This document shows positions 1 through 10,200 of a stretch of DNA of 44,003 nt, in pieces. Location: the NCBI GenBank assembly GCA_900088475.1, contig FLMG01003175.1:1-44003 (forward strand), read 5' to 3'. Made by a program: the position numbers and the translations under genes. Under the pieces are notes generated by a model. The model did not search any database, was not told where the DNA came from, and saw only the letters and a program-made list of their open reading frames with translations. Every line of letters begins with the position of its first letter. Position 1 is the stretch's first letter. This stretch comes from Hyphochytrium catenoides. Lineage: Eukaryota; Protista; Hyphochytriomycota.

Positions 1-303
1 GTCTCTTCAATTCAACCAAAAACGAACAAAACCAAAAGAGCGCAAAGAGGCATAAACGAAACTGCTGCCACACTTGATGATGACATTACAAATAACAACT
101 TGTCTCAACAAGAAGAAAATAATGGTATGACAGAAGCCAAGCCGAAACAAAAGCTCGCCACCTATTGGGAAGGAGGGTGCACCGTTCTAAAAAAAGTGGA
201 CGCCCTAACATACAAATTAGGGTACACAAGAACAACCAAAACAGGCAAAACCCGCAAGAAAACTATCATTGTGCACAGGAAAAGTATTAGACCGTCACAA
301 TGA
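1..303 (+). CDS. Retrotransposon Pol polyprotein C-terminal fragment (integrase C-terminal GPY/F-like module)
   Basis: Frame 1 is open from base 1 to TGA at 301-303. KLATYWEGGCTVLKKVDALTYKL...IVHRKSIRP matches the Gypsy pattern KLxxxWxGPYxVxxxxxxxTYxL...VHxxxLxP, with GPY degenerate to GGC. Confidence 0.7.
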   Translation, partial: VSSIQPKTNKTKRAQRGINETAATLDDDITNNNLSQQEENNGMTEAKPKQKLATYWEGGCTVLKKVDALTYKLGYTRTTKTGKTRKKTIIVHRKSIRPSQ

Positions 304-621
304 CACTGATCAACAACAAACAACATTGATCAGACCATAAACCACCCCTCCAAAAACACCTTCCCAAGTGCAACAACAAATTACAAGTTGCCACAAATAC
401 CGCTGAACTGATTTTCCTTCACCTTTCTCAGGGCTCAAGCACAGCTCTACAGAGAGAAGGGAGGTTTTTTCCTCTTCAGCGATGAAATTATCATTAAATA
501 ACTCCTATAAGAAAGCACTACTCACACCTCATTCCCAAAAAAAATTAGTACTATAAAACAGTACTCGTAGTACTTATTATGCATTATCGCTCTTCAGGAT
601 CATTGCATTTACCATTGAGCT

Positions 622-630
622 GAAGGGGGG
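622..630 (+). other. Polypurine tract (plus-strand primer) of the LTR element
   Basis: GAAGGGGGG followed by CA and then the TG start of the LTR, which is the canonical PPT-LTR junction. Confidence 0.75.
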
Positions 631-632
631 CA

Positions 633-783
633 TGTAAGGGATGAGGGGTTGAGTAGCCAGCCAGCCCCCAGGACCTAGTCAGTGGGCTGGCCAGGGTGCG
701 CTGGCGTGCTCTCAGGAAGTCAATAAACAGTCTGGTTTTTCCATCTCATCGCCCTTTCGACCGCTGGAAGAACCTTCCTTACA
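633..783 (+). repeat. Short 3' long terminal repeat (151 bp)
   Basis: Begins TGTAAGG and ends CCTTACA (7-bp terminal inverted repeat, TG...CA). AATAAA at 722-727. The 5' LTR is outside the window, so LTR duplication cannot be confirmed. Confidence 0.72.
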
Positions 784-814
784 CTAGATCGTTCCCTGAC
801 AATTCTGGCTTCCT

Positions 815-879
815 ATTGGTCAAGAGTTTGACTAGCCTCACTTTGATTGGATGAGATCTTGAGGACCTACTCTGATTGG
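815..879. promoter_or_regulatory. Cluster of three ATTGG (reverse CCAAT) boxes
   Basis: ATTGG at 815, 846 and 875 (spacing 31 and 29 bp), two of them in the context TGATTGGAT. Function is not demonstrated. Confidence 0.3.
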
Positions 880-1554
880 ATAGATTTGGCCTTAGGTTTA
901 ATGGGCAGCCACCTTCTGTTGTCAAAGGTCGTAACAGCTGTAGTAATAGGCAAGGCTGCGGTCCTCTGCTTATAACCTAATTACTCGAAATCCGCTTCAA
1001 TAATTGACGTAGTAATACACTGAAGAGAGGTGGCAGCCAGGTCGTCTTCTAAGGAGAGTTTTCCCCAAACAGTCCCCATTCTTGTAGTCTACTTCCTTCT
1101 GGTTATGCTACGTTTCTAGGGGGAGTTTCCCCAAAAATGCTAAATATGGCAGGTTTCTGCCAGCTTGCCCCCAGAGGTGAGGCGGGACGCAGTCTCTGAA
1201 ATGTCCGCTGAGCGCTTTACTACTAACGGCTAGTAGAAGTCCCTCCAGCCATGAAGGCAATGTTGACCTGTCAACTTCTCTGCTCCCTCTCCCCTTCCTT
1301 TCTCTAAGACCGCACCAAGAACCAGAACAGCGGCGTATCCTTGGGCATCCCACAATGTCCGCGTATAGGTAAAAGTAGCAACTAGGCGGCACATGTATAG
1401 CTAGATCATGGCCAATCGTGGTCGAATATTGAGGTTAGGCGGTATATATTTGGGTAGCTAATGACCAAGGGCATGTGCAGTCTAAGGGATTGACGGAGTT
1501 CGAAGGCGGCGTAGGAATAGGGAGACTTCCATCACGAAGGTGCGGGTACAGGAA

Positions 1555-1590
1555 CAAGAAAAGAGAGGAAAGAGAAGACACAGAAACAGG

Positions 1591-1645
<55 letters not shown>

Positions 1646-2300
1646 GAGACAGAGAGACAGAGAGACAGAGAGACAGAGAGACAGAAAGGGGAAGAAGATC
1701 TAGACAGAGAGCGAGAAAAGCAAGAGCGAGTAGAGAGGGAAAAGGGGAGAGCGAGCAGAGAAAGAAGATGCTAGTAAGGAGAGAGAAAAAGAAAGAGAGA
1801 GAAAAAGAAAGAGGGAGAAAGGAGGAGAGTTTTTAAAAGGTAGAGAAGGAAGTGGAAGTGAGGGCATCTGATAGAGCACTTGCCTGTCTCTTCAGCTGCT
1901 CCTGTCCTTGTCGCTTGTTGCCAAAAGAGAGAGAGAGAGAAAGAGAGAGAGAAATAGAGAGAGTGAGAAAGAGAGAGAGAGAGAGAGAGAGAGAAACTGA
2001 GAGAGAGCGAGAGCAAAAGAGAGAGAGAGAAAGTTAGAAGCAGAAGAAAGGAATGAAGAAAGAGCTAGGGACAACCAAGGAAGAACGTTCCATGGCAGTG
2101 CAGCGAAGGATTTGACAATGAGAGCGAGCAATGGAGAGAGAGGCCAAATTGTAAGAAAGCAAGAGAGAGAGAGAGGTAGGCTGAAGACAAGGAAGGACAG
2201 AAAGAAAGAGAGAAAGACAAAGAAGAGAGAGAGAGAGAGAGAGAGAGTGAGAGAGCAAAGACGAAAAAGAACAGGCTAAGGAGAAAGGCGGAGACTCATC
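1555..2300. repeat. Polypurine (AG)n/(AGAGAC)n microsatellite region upstream of the BTB gene
   Basis: Long, near-continuous GA runs at about 1555-1850 and 1920-2300. Confidence 0.95.
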
Positions 2301-2639
2301 GAGGGAGAGGAGACACTTTTCAAGTTTCCGCATCCATTCCAAGTCTCTCATCAGTCTAACAGTGCGCAGACAGCTGCCTTGATCGTCCAGAACCATCCCA
2401 AGCCTCTCAGACGCTAAAGGGAAGAGCTTTCCTTTCCAAGGTACAGTCACCCGACGCGGGACAGAGATCAAAGCCACGTCTCTCTCTCTCTCTCTCTTCC
2501 TCCCTGTCTATCCCTGCCCTAGCTGCCACTTAGCTACGTGTAAATTCTCATCTCATCATCACACTCAAACACATCTCTCTCTTGCTTTCTCTCTCCCTCT
2601 CTCTCTCTCTCTCTCCCTCTTTTCCTCCTTTTCTGAAGG

Positions 2640-2836
2640 ATGACGGCGACGGCTGACATGAGCCACGCAGATCGAGCTCGGACAGGTCTCCGAGAGTTGG
2701 CGAACAGCAGGAGATACGCCGACGTCACCTTTCGCTGCAAAAATAATGAAGAGACTTACGGACACCGCTGCTTGCTTGCTTCCCTCTCGAGGTGTGGTCT
2801 CATTTGACTTATTGCTAGCTATCTTCTTACCCTTTT

Positions 2837-2873
<37 letters not shown>

Positions 2874-2974
2874 TACTCTCTGTTTCTCTCCCCCTCCCCA
2901 GTATAGCTATTTTCTGTACTGTGACCGAGCTTTCTCTTACTTTGGTGGCCTCTCTCTTTCTCTCTCTCTTTCTT

Positions 2975-3007
<33 letters not shown>

Positions 3008-3223
3008 TCTCTCGCTGACTGTCTCTCTTGGATGTCTCGCTACAGCTACTTCGCGAGACTCTTCGATCCAGCGGCTGAGGAAGAGCCGAAGGGAAGAGCT
3101 CGTCTTGATTTCTCTAACGTAGAGGTCGAGGCGATGCGACTGGCGGTTCACTTTATCTACACCGGACAAGTACGGTCTTCTCTATTCCATTCTTTTATTC
3201 TCTCCCGCAAGCCGTCGCTCTCT

Positions 3224-3256
<33 letters not shown>

Positions 3257-4093
3257 GCTCTCTCTCTCTCTCTTCCACTGAAAGTGACCGTATCCAGAAA
3301 GCCTATTCGTTCTCTCCTTTCCTACCTTTTCATGGTATCTCAGAGAGAGAGGGAGACAGAACTAAGCACGCTCGTCCTTCTCTCTCTCAGGTGTTGGGGG
3401 ACCTAGCGGGGCAGGACATCCACAGCGTCTTAGAGCTTTGCAAGCGGCTGGAGCTCAATGATCTGCTTGACATCTATGTCAAGACGCTCGATGAGAAGGT
3501 GGAGAGCGCTGTCTCTCTTCCCCCTTCCTTCACTGTCGCTGTTCTGTCTCTCTGTCTGTTTGTCTCTTCCTCTCTCTCTCGGTCGCTTCCCTTTCCTCCG
3601 AATCTCTGCATGTCCAAACAATATTTTGGAACGCCGTTCAATATGCTGTCAAACTTAAGAGACTCTCTCTTTCTCTCTCTCTTTCTCTCTTTGCCACAAC
3701 CTTACATCTGCTTCTCCCTGAGACAGATTCCTGACATAGGGTTCTACTTATCCTCTCCTCCACTGCTGTAGACTAAGCTTCTGACTCTCCTCTCTCTCTC
3801 TCTCTGTCTCTCTCTCTGTCTCTCTCTCTGTCCCTCTCTCTCCGTACAGCTCACAATAGAGAATGCTCTGGAGCTGTTTGTCCTCTCCAACCGCCACTCT
3901 CGATCCGAGTCTTCCTCCTACAGTTGGGTCCGACTCCGTGATATTTGTCTCAACTTCATTCGCAGCCACCTCGTGGACACTGTTCACTCCTCTCCTGAAG
4001 CTCTGCTCAAGCTTGACGCTAGGAGCATGAACGCCATCGCCGATGCTGCTGGTGAGAGATGAGAGAAAGGTGGTGAGAGGAACCAGAGCCACA

Positions 4094-4125
<32 letters not shown>

Positions 4126-6354
4126 AAGAGAGAGGGGACGAGAGTCAGGCAGGGAGAGACAATGAAGGACGACTAAGATACAGAGGACTCCAGAGGAAAG
4201 CAGGCGGACAGAACATCAGATCAAGAGCGCCAGTGGCAGAAGGGGATACCTTTAAAGAACCATTGCCTATTTCTTCTCCACTCTTGAAGAGAGAGAGAGA
4301 AGGGGGGGAGAGAGAGAGGGAGGGAGAGAGAGAGAGAGAGAGAGACAGAGAGAGAGAGAGAGGGCACAAAGATGCCACTGTCGTCCACACTCTCCTCGTT
4401 GCTTCTCCAGTTTTTCAACCACGAGTGCGGAACTTTAACAGTCGTCCTTCTCCCTTTGCATTCTCTACTCTCCTTCCCTCCGATCTCATCCTTCCAGGGC
4501 AGCTGCGGATGTCACCCCGAGAGTTAATGGGCTTCTGTTCTCTTCTTCTTCGTTGGGCGCAGGCGGAGTATGGAACGAGCTCTGCAACGGAGCTGCTGAA
4601 AGGAATTATGGAGACGAACTTTGATGAGTTCCAAGGGCTAGAGAGCCGTCCCTTTGTGTTCACCATCAAGGATGTCTCCTCTCTCCAGGGAGTGACAGAA
4701 AGTGAACCTTTTGAGGCAGGAGGATTCACGTGGAAGCTGCAGTTCCGTCGGAGAGAGAGAGACGACGACAAGAACTATAAGTTCCATCTGATCCCTTATG
4801 AGTGGAACGATCACTATCGAAAGGACTGGCAATGTTACGTGGCCTGCAGGACAGAGATTGTGAACCAGAGTGATGAGGCGAAGAATGTGACTGCGCACTT
4901 CTCCAAGACCTTCTCTCGCTATAACTTTCACGGGAGGTACAACAGACATATGTAGCTGTCTCCTGAGCCCTCTCCTGCTCTCTCTCTCTCTCTCTCTGTT
5001 TAACTCTCTCTCTCTCTCTCTCTCTGTTTGACTCTCTCTCTCCCTGTCTCTCTCTCTATTTCTCCCTTTCTTTCTGTCTGTCTGTTTGTCTTTCTCTCTC
5101 TGTCTCTTTTTCTCTCTCTCTCGTCCTTTCTTTCTTTCTTTCTTGTCCTCTCTCTTCTTTCATTGGAAGCAGCAGGAGGTCATTGCAAGTGACAAGCTCT
5201 CTGTTTGCCCTCTCTCTCTCTCATCACTCAAAACTCTGTGTATGTCCCTCGCTGTCTCTTTCTCTCTCTCTCTCTGCTCCCCTCTCACACTCCCTCTTTC
5301 TGCTCTCTACTGTTTATGGCCTTTCTCTCTTACATCCTGCACTCTCACTCTTAGATTCCCCTTCGGCTACTCTCGATTCGCCTCCACTACCAAGATCGAA
5401 GGCCCACTTGGTTTCCTCACTGCAGAAGGAGATTTGGTGCTGCGCGTGCAGATCAAGGCTAATGCGCTGTTTGGCATGGCCTCGACCTACCTTGTCACTG
5501 CCTTCCAGGACGTTGTGCAGGTGCTGGAGACAAAGGAAGGGAAGGGCACAGCGAGAGCAGAGGATAGAGAGCTAGAAAGAAAGAAAGAAAGAAAGACAGA
5601 GCGAGAGAGAGAGAGAGAGAACTGGAAAAGCTATGGGGTAATGACGGAGGCACTATGGACAAGAGGGGCACCTGAGATGGCTCTATCTTCTTACGTTCTC
5701 TCTTCTCTTTCTCTCTATTGCTCGGACGTTCTTTCCTAGACTTCAGAGCTTCTGGAACTTCCTCGCACAGTTCTTAAGCGTGTTGTCAGCTCTGACTATC
5801 TGAACGTGGAACGAGAGACGCTGGTGCTGGACGCGGTGCTGAGGTGGATAGACGCCAACAGCAACTGCACAGAAGAGCAGACAGAGAACCTTTTGGAGCA
5901 GGTACAGGAAGGGGAAGGACTTGCAACGCTGGCCATAGAGACGGAGCCTGCGTGTCTCTGGCCAAACTTTTCCTTTCTTCTCTGTGGCTTTTGCTCCATG
6001 CCTCTCTCTTTCTCTCTTGCTGTCAAGTCTCTCTTTCTCTTTCTGCGTTCACTTAGTCTCGTGCTAACCGTGGCCTAATCTCTCACCACCGTTGTCTCTC
6101 ACTCAGATCCGCTGGTCGCACATTCCAATCCCTGAGCTACTGGACACAGTGAAGTGTGTTCCTCTCCTGCAGCGGTCCGCTACCTTCAGAGAGATGCTCA
6201 ACTGGATCCTGCACGGCCGATCCCTGCACAGGCCGCGTTACGCTTACCCTGCCCGTCCTCCTACAGACAGGATTAGCTCCGTCGTCGACTGGCTGCTCAA
6301 GGGTCCAGCAGAGAGTGCAGGGGAGGCTACTGGCGGCAATACAGCTGCCATTGC

Positions 6355-6358
<4 letters not shown>
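2640..6358 (+). CDS. BTB/POZ-BACK-MATH-BACK protein (putative Cullin-3 substrate adaptor), 8 coding exons, about 534 aa
   Basis: Exons 2640-2791, 3046-3169, 3391-3498, 3850-4051, 4498-4936, 5355-5520, 5740-5901, 6107-6358; all introns GT-AG and phase-consistent (1605 nt). BTB: YADVTFRC...GHRCLLASLSSYFARLF...VHFIYTG. BACK: LTIENALELF...ICLNFI and ELLELP...SSDYLNVERETLVLDAVLRWI...LLEQIRW. MATH: FVFTIKDVS...SEPFEAGGFTWKL...GFLTAEGDLVLRVQI. Probable 5'-UTR intron at 2441-2638. Confidence 0.88.
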
Positions 6359-6407
<49 letters not shown>

Positions 6408-7278
6408 CGGAAGAGGGTCAGCGAGAGAGAAGGAGAGAAGAGGATCCAAGTAATGTGAAGATCGTTAGTTCAATGTCCTGTCAGAAGTGCATCATCTGTG
6501 GCCAGTCAATAACTCAATAAACTGATGCAACACGTGCTCCTTTCTCCTCATCGCCTAGAGCTGAGCTGAACCTCCACGGACAGTTAGGAGAGAGAAAAAG
6601 GATGAGAGAGAAAGATCCCTGGCAATCTTAAGCACACCAGCGCTTGCCTTCTGATAGCCCTTCGATCCCGCCGGGTTAGCCTATGTAACTATGGTCTCAG
6701 ACTGTATCTCTGTGCATGAGGCGACCACGACCCCCCACAGACGCACACACGCACTCAGCAGGCAGACGGCCAGCTATAGCCCCGTCTCCGCGATGCTTCT
6801 CAGAGATAGATGAGACAGACTTAAGGGGAACTCAAAGCCTTTACCTAAGGGACTGTGTATTATTTAGCTACGTCACGCAAGCGCGTCCATAGGGGCAAGC
6901 ACCTTGCGCCCATCCGTACCGCTATAAAAGAAGAAAGACAAGTGGATGCGGGCTGAGATGACGACCGGAAGCACAAAGAAAGGGAAAGAGACTGCGCCAA
7001 GTCTTCTTTCGCTCCTTCTCACCAGTGACTCTTGTCTTCACATCGCCCAATCCTTATCGTTATTTAGCTCTCGACCACCCTCCGCTGTCTGCCTGCCAGA
7101 CTGTCACCGAGACTAGCAGAAAATACTTTGACGTGCCACACTGATAGCTCTCTCTGCAGCTCGACCCGCTCCGCTACGTCCTCTTCCCTCATTCAGCCTT
7201 CGGAGAAGCAGAGAAAATGAGAAAAGGAAAGCGAGACAGAGGAGATACACGCGAAAGGAGGCAATGGAGCAGAAAGTC

Positions 7279-10200
7279 CTAACTTCCAGGTGCAGGGCCC
7301 TCACTTATCGTGGGAGCCGCAGGAGTCTTCTCTCCAGACTGAGTAACCTTTNNNNNNNNNNNNNNNNNNNNNNNNNNNNNNNNNNNNNNNNNNNNNNNNN
7401 NNNNNNNAGCCGCCGTCCTAGGCTTGGAACGGCGCTCTGACGCCTTCTGCTCCTCTCTTCCCGACTGCTCTGGCTCTTTGGCAGGGGCGTCAGTCGTCTG
7501 TGCCGCGGTAGCGGAGGAGACAACCCATTTCGTCGCTTTTCCAGACTTTCTTCCCTTCGCTAGAGCTCCGTCCGCGCTCTGGGGGCGGCTGTCAGAACCT
7601 GACGAAGGCGCCGCCTTGCTAGAAGGTGCGAGCTTCTTCTTCGTCCTTTCTGCACCGGGCTCTGTCTCTGGTCTGTCCTTCTTGTCCCCCTGCTTCTTTG
7701 CTGGCAGTGTTTTGCGCTGTGGCCTGGCAGAGGAAGATGGTCGCCTAGACTTTGCGGCGCCCTCAGAAGCAGAGGACTGACCCTCTGGCTCCCCGCTAGG
7801 AACAGCAGCAGACCTAGCTCTCCGTTTCTCTCTTCCTTTGTCACCTCCAGCCCCTCCAGCTCCCGCAGCCAGTGGAGGACTGGAATTCTTCCTCTCCGTC
7901 TCAGGCTCTCTCGCTCCAGAGGAGTGACCGCCAGCCCCTCCAGGGCCAGCCATCTGATGGCCATGGGGAGCAGGTGAAGCCGAAGGAGGAGTACGGACGT
8001 CCTTGCTCTTCCACTTGGCCTCCAATGTGTTGGGCACCCGTGAAGGCGCCTGAGGCTGTATAACAGTCCCTGCAGCGGGGACATTGGCAACTCCAGTCCT
8101 ATAGAGAATGTTAGCACTCGCATGCTGGGCGTTCTTTTCTATCGCTGCCGACGGCTTCAAAGAGGAATAGACAGGAACCGCTGGCACGCCAGCCATCTCT
8201 GGGCGACCTTGGGCCTGTCCTAGAGGCATTCCAGCCATGGCAAGGTCCTGTGGACGTCGAGGGATGAACTGCGCGTGGTGCATTGCCATTGCTGCCTGGG
8301 GTTTCATCGCGTAACCAAATGCAGGGCCTGCAAAAGCCATAGCCGGTTGGTACCGACCAGGAGAGCTGCCCGTGGAAGGCTGAGATGGAGCAGAAGACCC
8401 TGCAGGAGGGCCCTGAGAGCTCCTAGGAACCTCCTCAGATGCGCCCGTAGGCTTTTGTCCTCCCGACACTCTACGCTGCGGCTGAGGAGATCCTTGGGCC
8501 ATCATCTGCTGCTGCTGCCGCATCCCAAACTGAGATGGATCGGGCAGAGCTGTGGCCAGCCACGTCTGCGGGGTTGGTCCTCCTTCCATTGTACCTGCAG
8601 GGGCCATTGGAACACCTTTCCCTGGCGAAGGTACTGAAAAGGGAGAGTAGAAGGGGTACGCCGTCTGTGCAAACCGGATGCCTGCCTGTGGTCCGCCCTG
8701 AATGCTCCAAGTGGCTGGGTTGGTGCTGAGGTTCCCTGCCGTCGTGGAGAGAGAGAGATAGGGCTGCATCAGGAGCGGACCCACACTCATTCCTTGCGGG
8801 TGGAAGCCATGAGCTGCGGCACTGCCAAAGATCTGGGAGTATCCTAGTGGATAGCTGAAGCTCTCAGAAGTTGGAACTCCTACTGAAGCTGTCGGAGCGG
8901 TCGAAGAGCCTCCCCAGCTCATAGGGAGAGGGGCCGTGCCCTGCACAGGGACTGCTTGCTGCCACTCCGTCATAGGGGCCACCGCACCTTCTGGGAGAGA
9001 CTCCGTCTGTCCGTGCATGGCTCCAGCTGGAAGCTCGGGAACCCATCCCTGCGCAGGAAGAGCATCGGGACTAGGCAGAGAGGCCATTTGAGGAGAAGGA
9101 AGATACGCCTTAGCTGGCCCAAGCGCGGGCGAAGAGCCTGCAGAGCCCTTTCTTCCCAATTTTGGGGAAGAAGGGTGAGAACCGGTTGCTCTCTTCCCGG
9201 TAGAACCCTGAGACACATGCGCCGACGGTGCTTCCTCTTCAGTAGAGGCCTTCGCATCGTCCTCAGGCAGCGGAAGAGGAGAAGCGCTAGCCATAAAAGT
9301 AAGACCTTCGACTTCCGTCCTTTCCTGCTCCTCCCCGTGTTCTTCTGCACTTTGCTTCACCATTGACGGCTCTACAGATGTCTGTACTGCTGCTCCTTCG
9401 TCGTCTTGTGCTTGCGGAGCCTGGGGAGCCACCGTCTTCACCTCTTGGCCCTTCTGCTGCTTCTCCTCTTTCTCTTCCTGTGCGCCCTTCTCTTTTTGAC
9501 TACCTAGCCCTACGATCTGGGATGTGGTAGCTACGCTCTCCCAAGCTTGAGAGGCAGGAGGAGCTGCAGGAACAAAGGTAGAAGGCTTTTTCTCCGTTGC
9601 ACCTTCTGCACTGGCCGCTGGTCGGTCTGACCCTTCCGAAGAAGCAGTCTTCGCTTTGTTGCTTCCCTTTTCTGCAGAAGCAGCCGCTGGTCTTTTCACC
9701 TTGACAGACAGAGCCGCTTTGCCTGCTTTTGCCCTGTTGGCCAGCTTGACAGACACAAGCTTCCGAAGCTTTTCCTCTCTTTCTCTCTGCTCTTTCTTCT
9801 CCTTCAGAATCGTGGCCTTACTCTTAACCTCTTGAAAGCCCTCAGCATCCAGCTGATCGTATTCTATTCCTGTTTGGGCCTCAGTTAAGACCACAATGCC
9901 GCTGGAAAGGGTGGTGCCGCCGTTGTCAATGGCTTCCTGATAACCTTCCGCAAGCTTCATGGCAGGCTTTTTCTCTTTGGAGCTCTCGGAGGCGGAACCA
10001 GCGCTTTTTCGCGCGCTATCAGTTGCTTTCCCAGGTTTGACCTCTGCTGTCTTTTCTTTCTTGGCCTTTGTCGTCTTTGCAGATGACTCCACCCGCGCCT
10101 TCTTTGCTTCTTTGGAGCCCTCTGGGGTTTCCTTCCCTTCCCCAGACGCTTCAGCCAGCGCAGCTGCCTTTTTGGCCTGCCTCTCCTTCCGCTGCTGCTT

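Larger units (their letters stand above)
1..783 (+). mobile_element. 3' end of a Ty3/Gypsy-like LTR retrotransposon (pol C-terminus, 3' UTR, PPT, 3' LTR); truncated by the window edge
   Basis: The open frame 1-303 ends in an integrase C-terminal GPY/F-type segment. A polypurine tract (622-630) lies 2 nt before TGTAAGG, and the matching CCTTACA is at 777-783. The A/C-rich composition differs from the host genes. Confidence 0.8.

Noticed and set aside
1475-2477. ORFs rich in ER/RE or LS/SL repeats (also at 2746-3169, 4145-4418, 36658-37191, 42476-43060, 43351-43536)
   Set aside because: They are translations of (AG)n/(CT)n microsatellites, not proteins.
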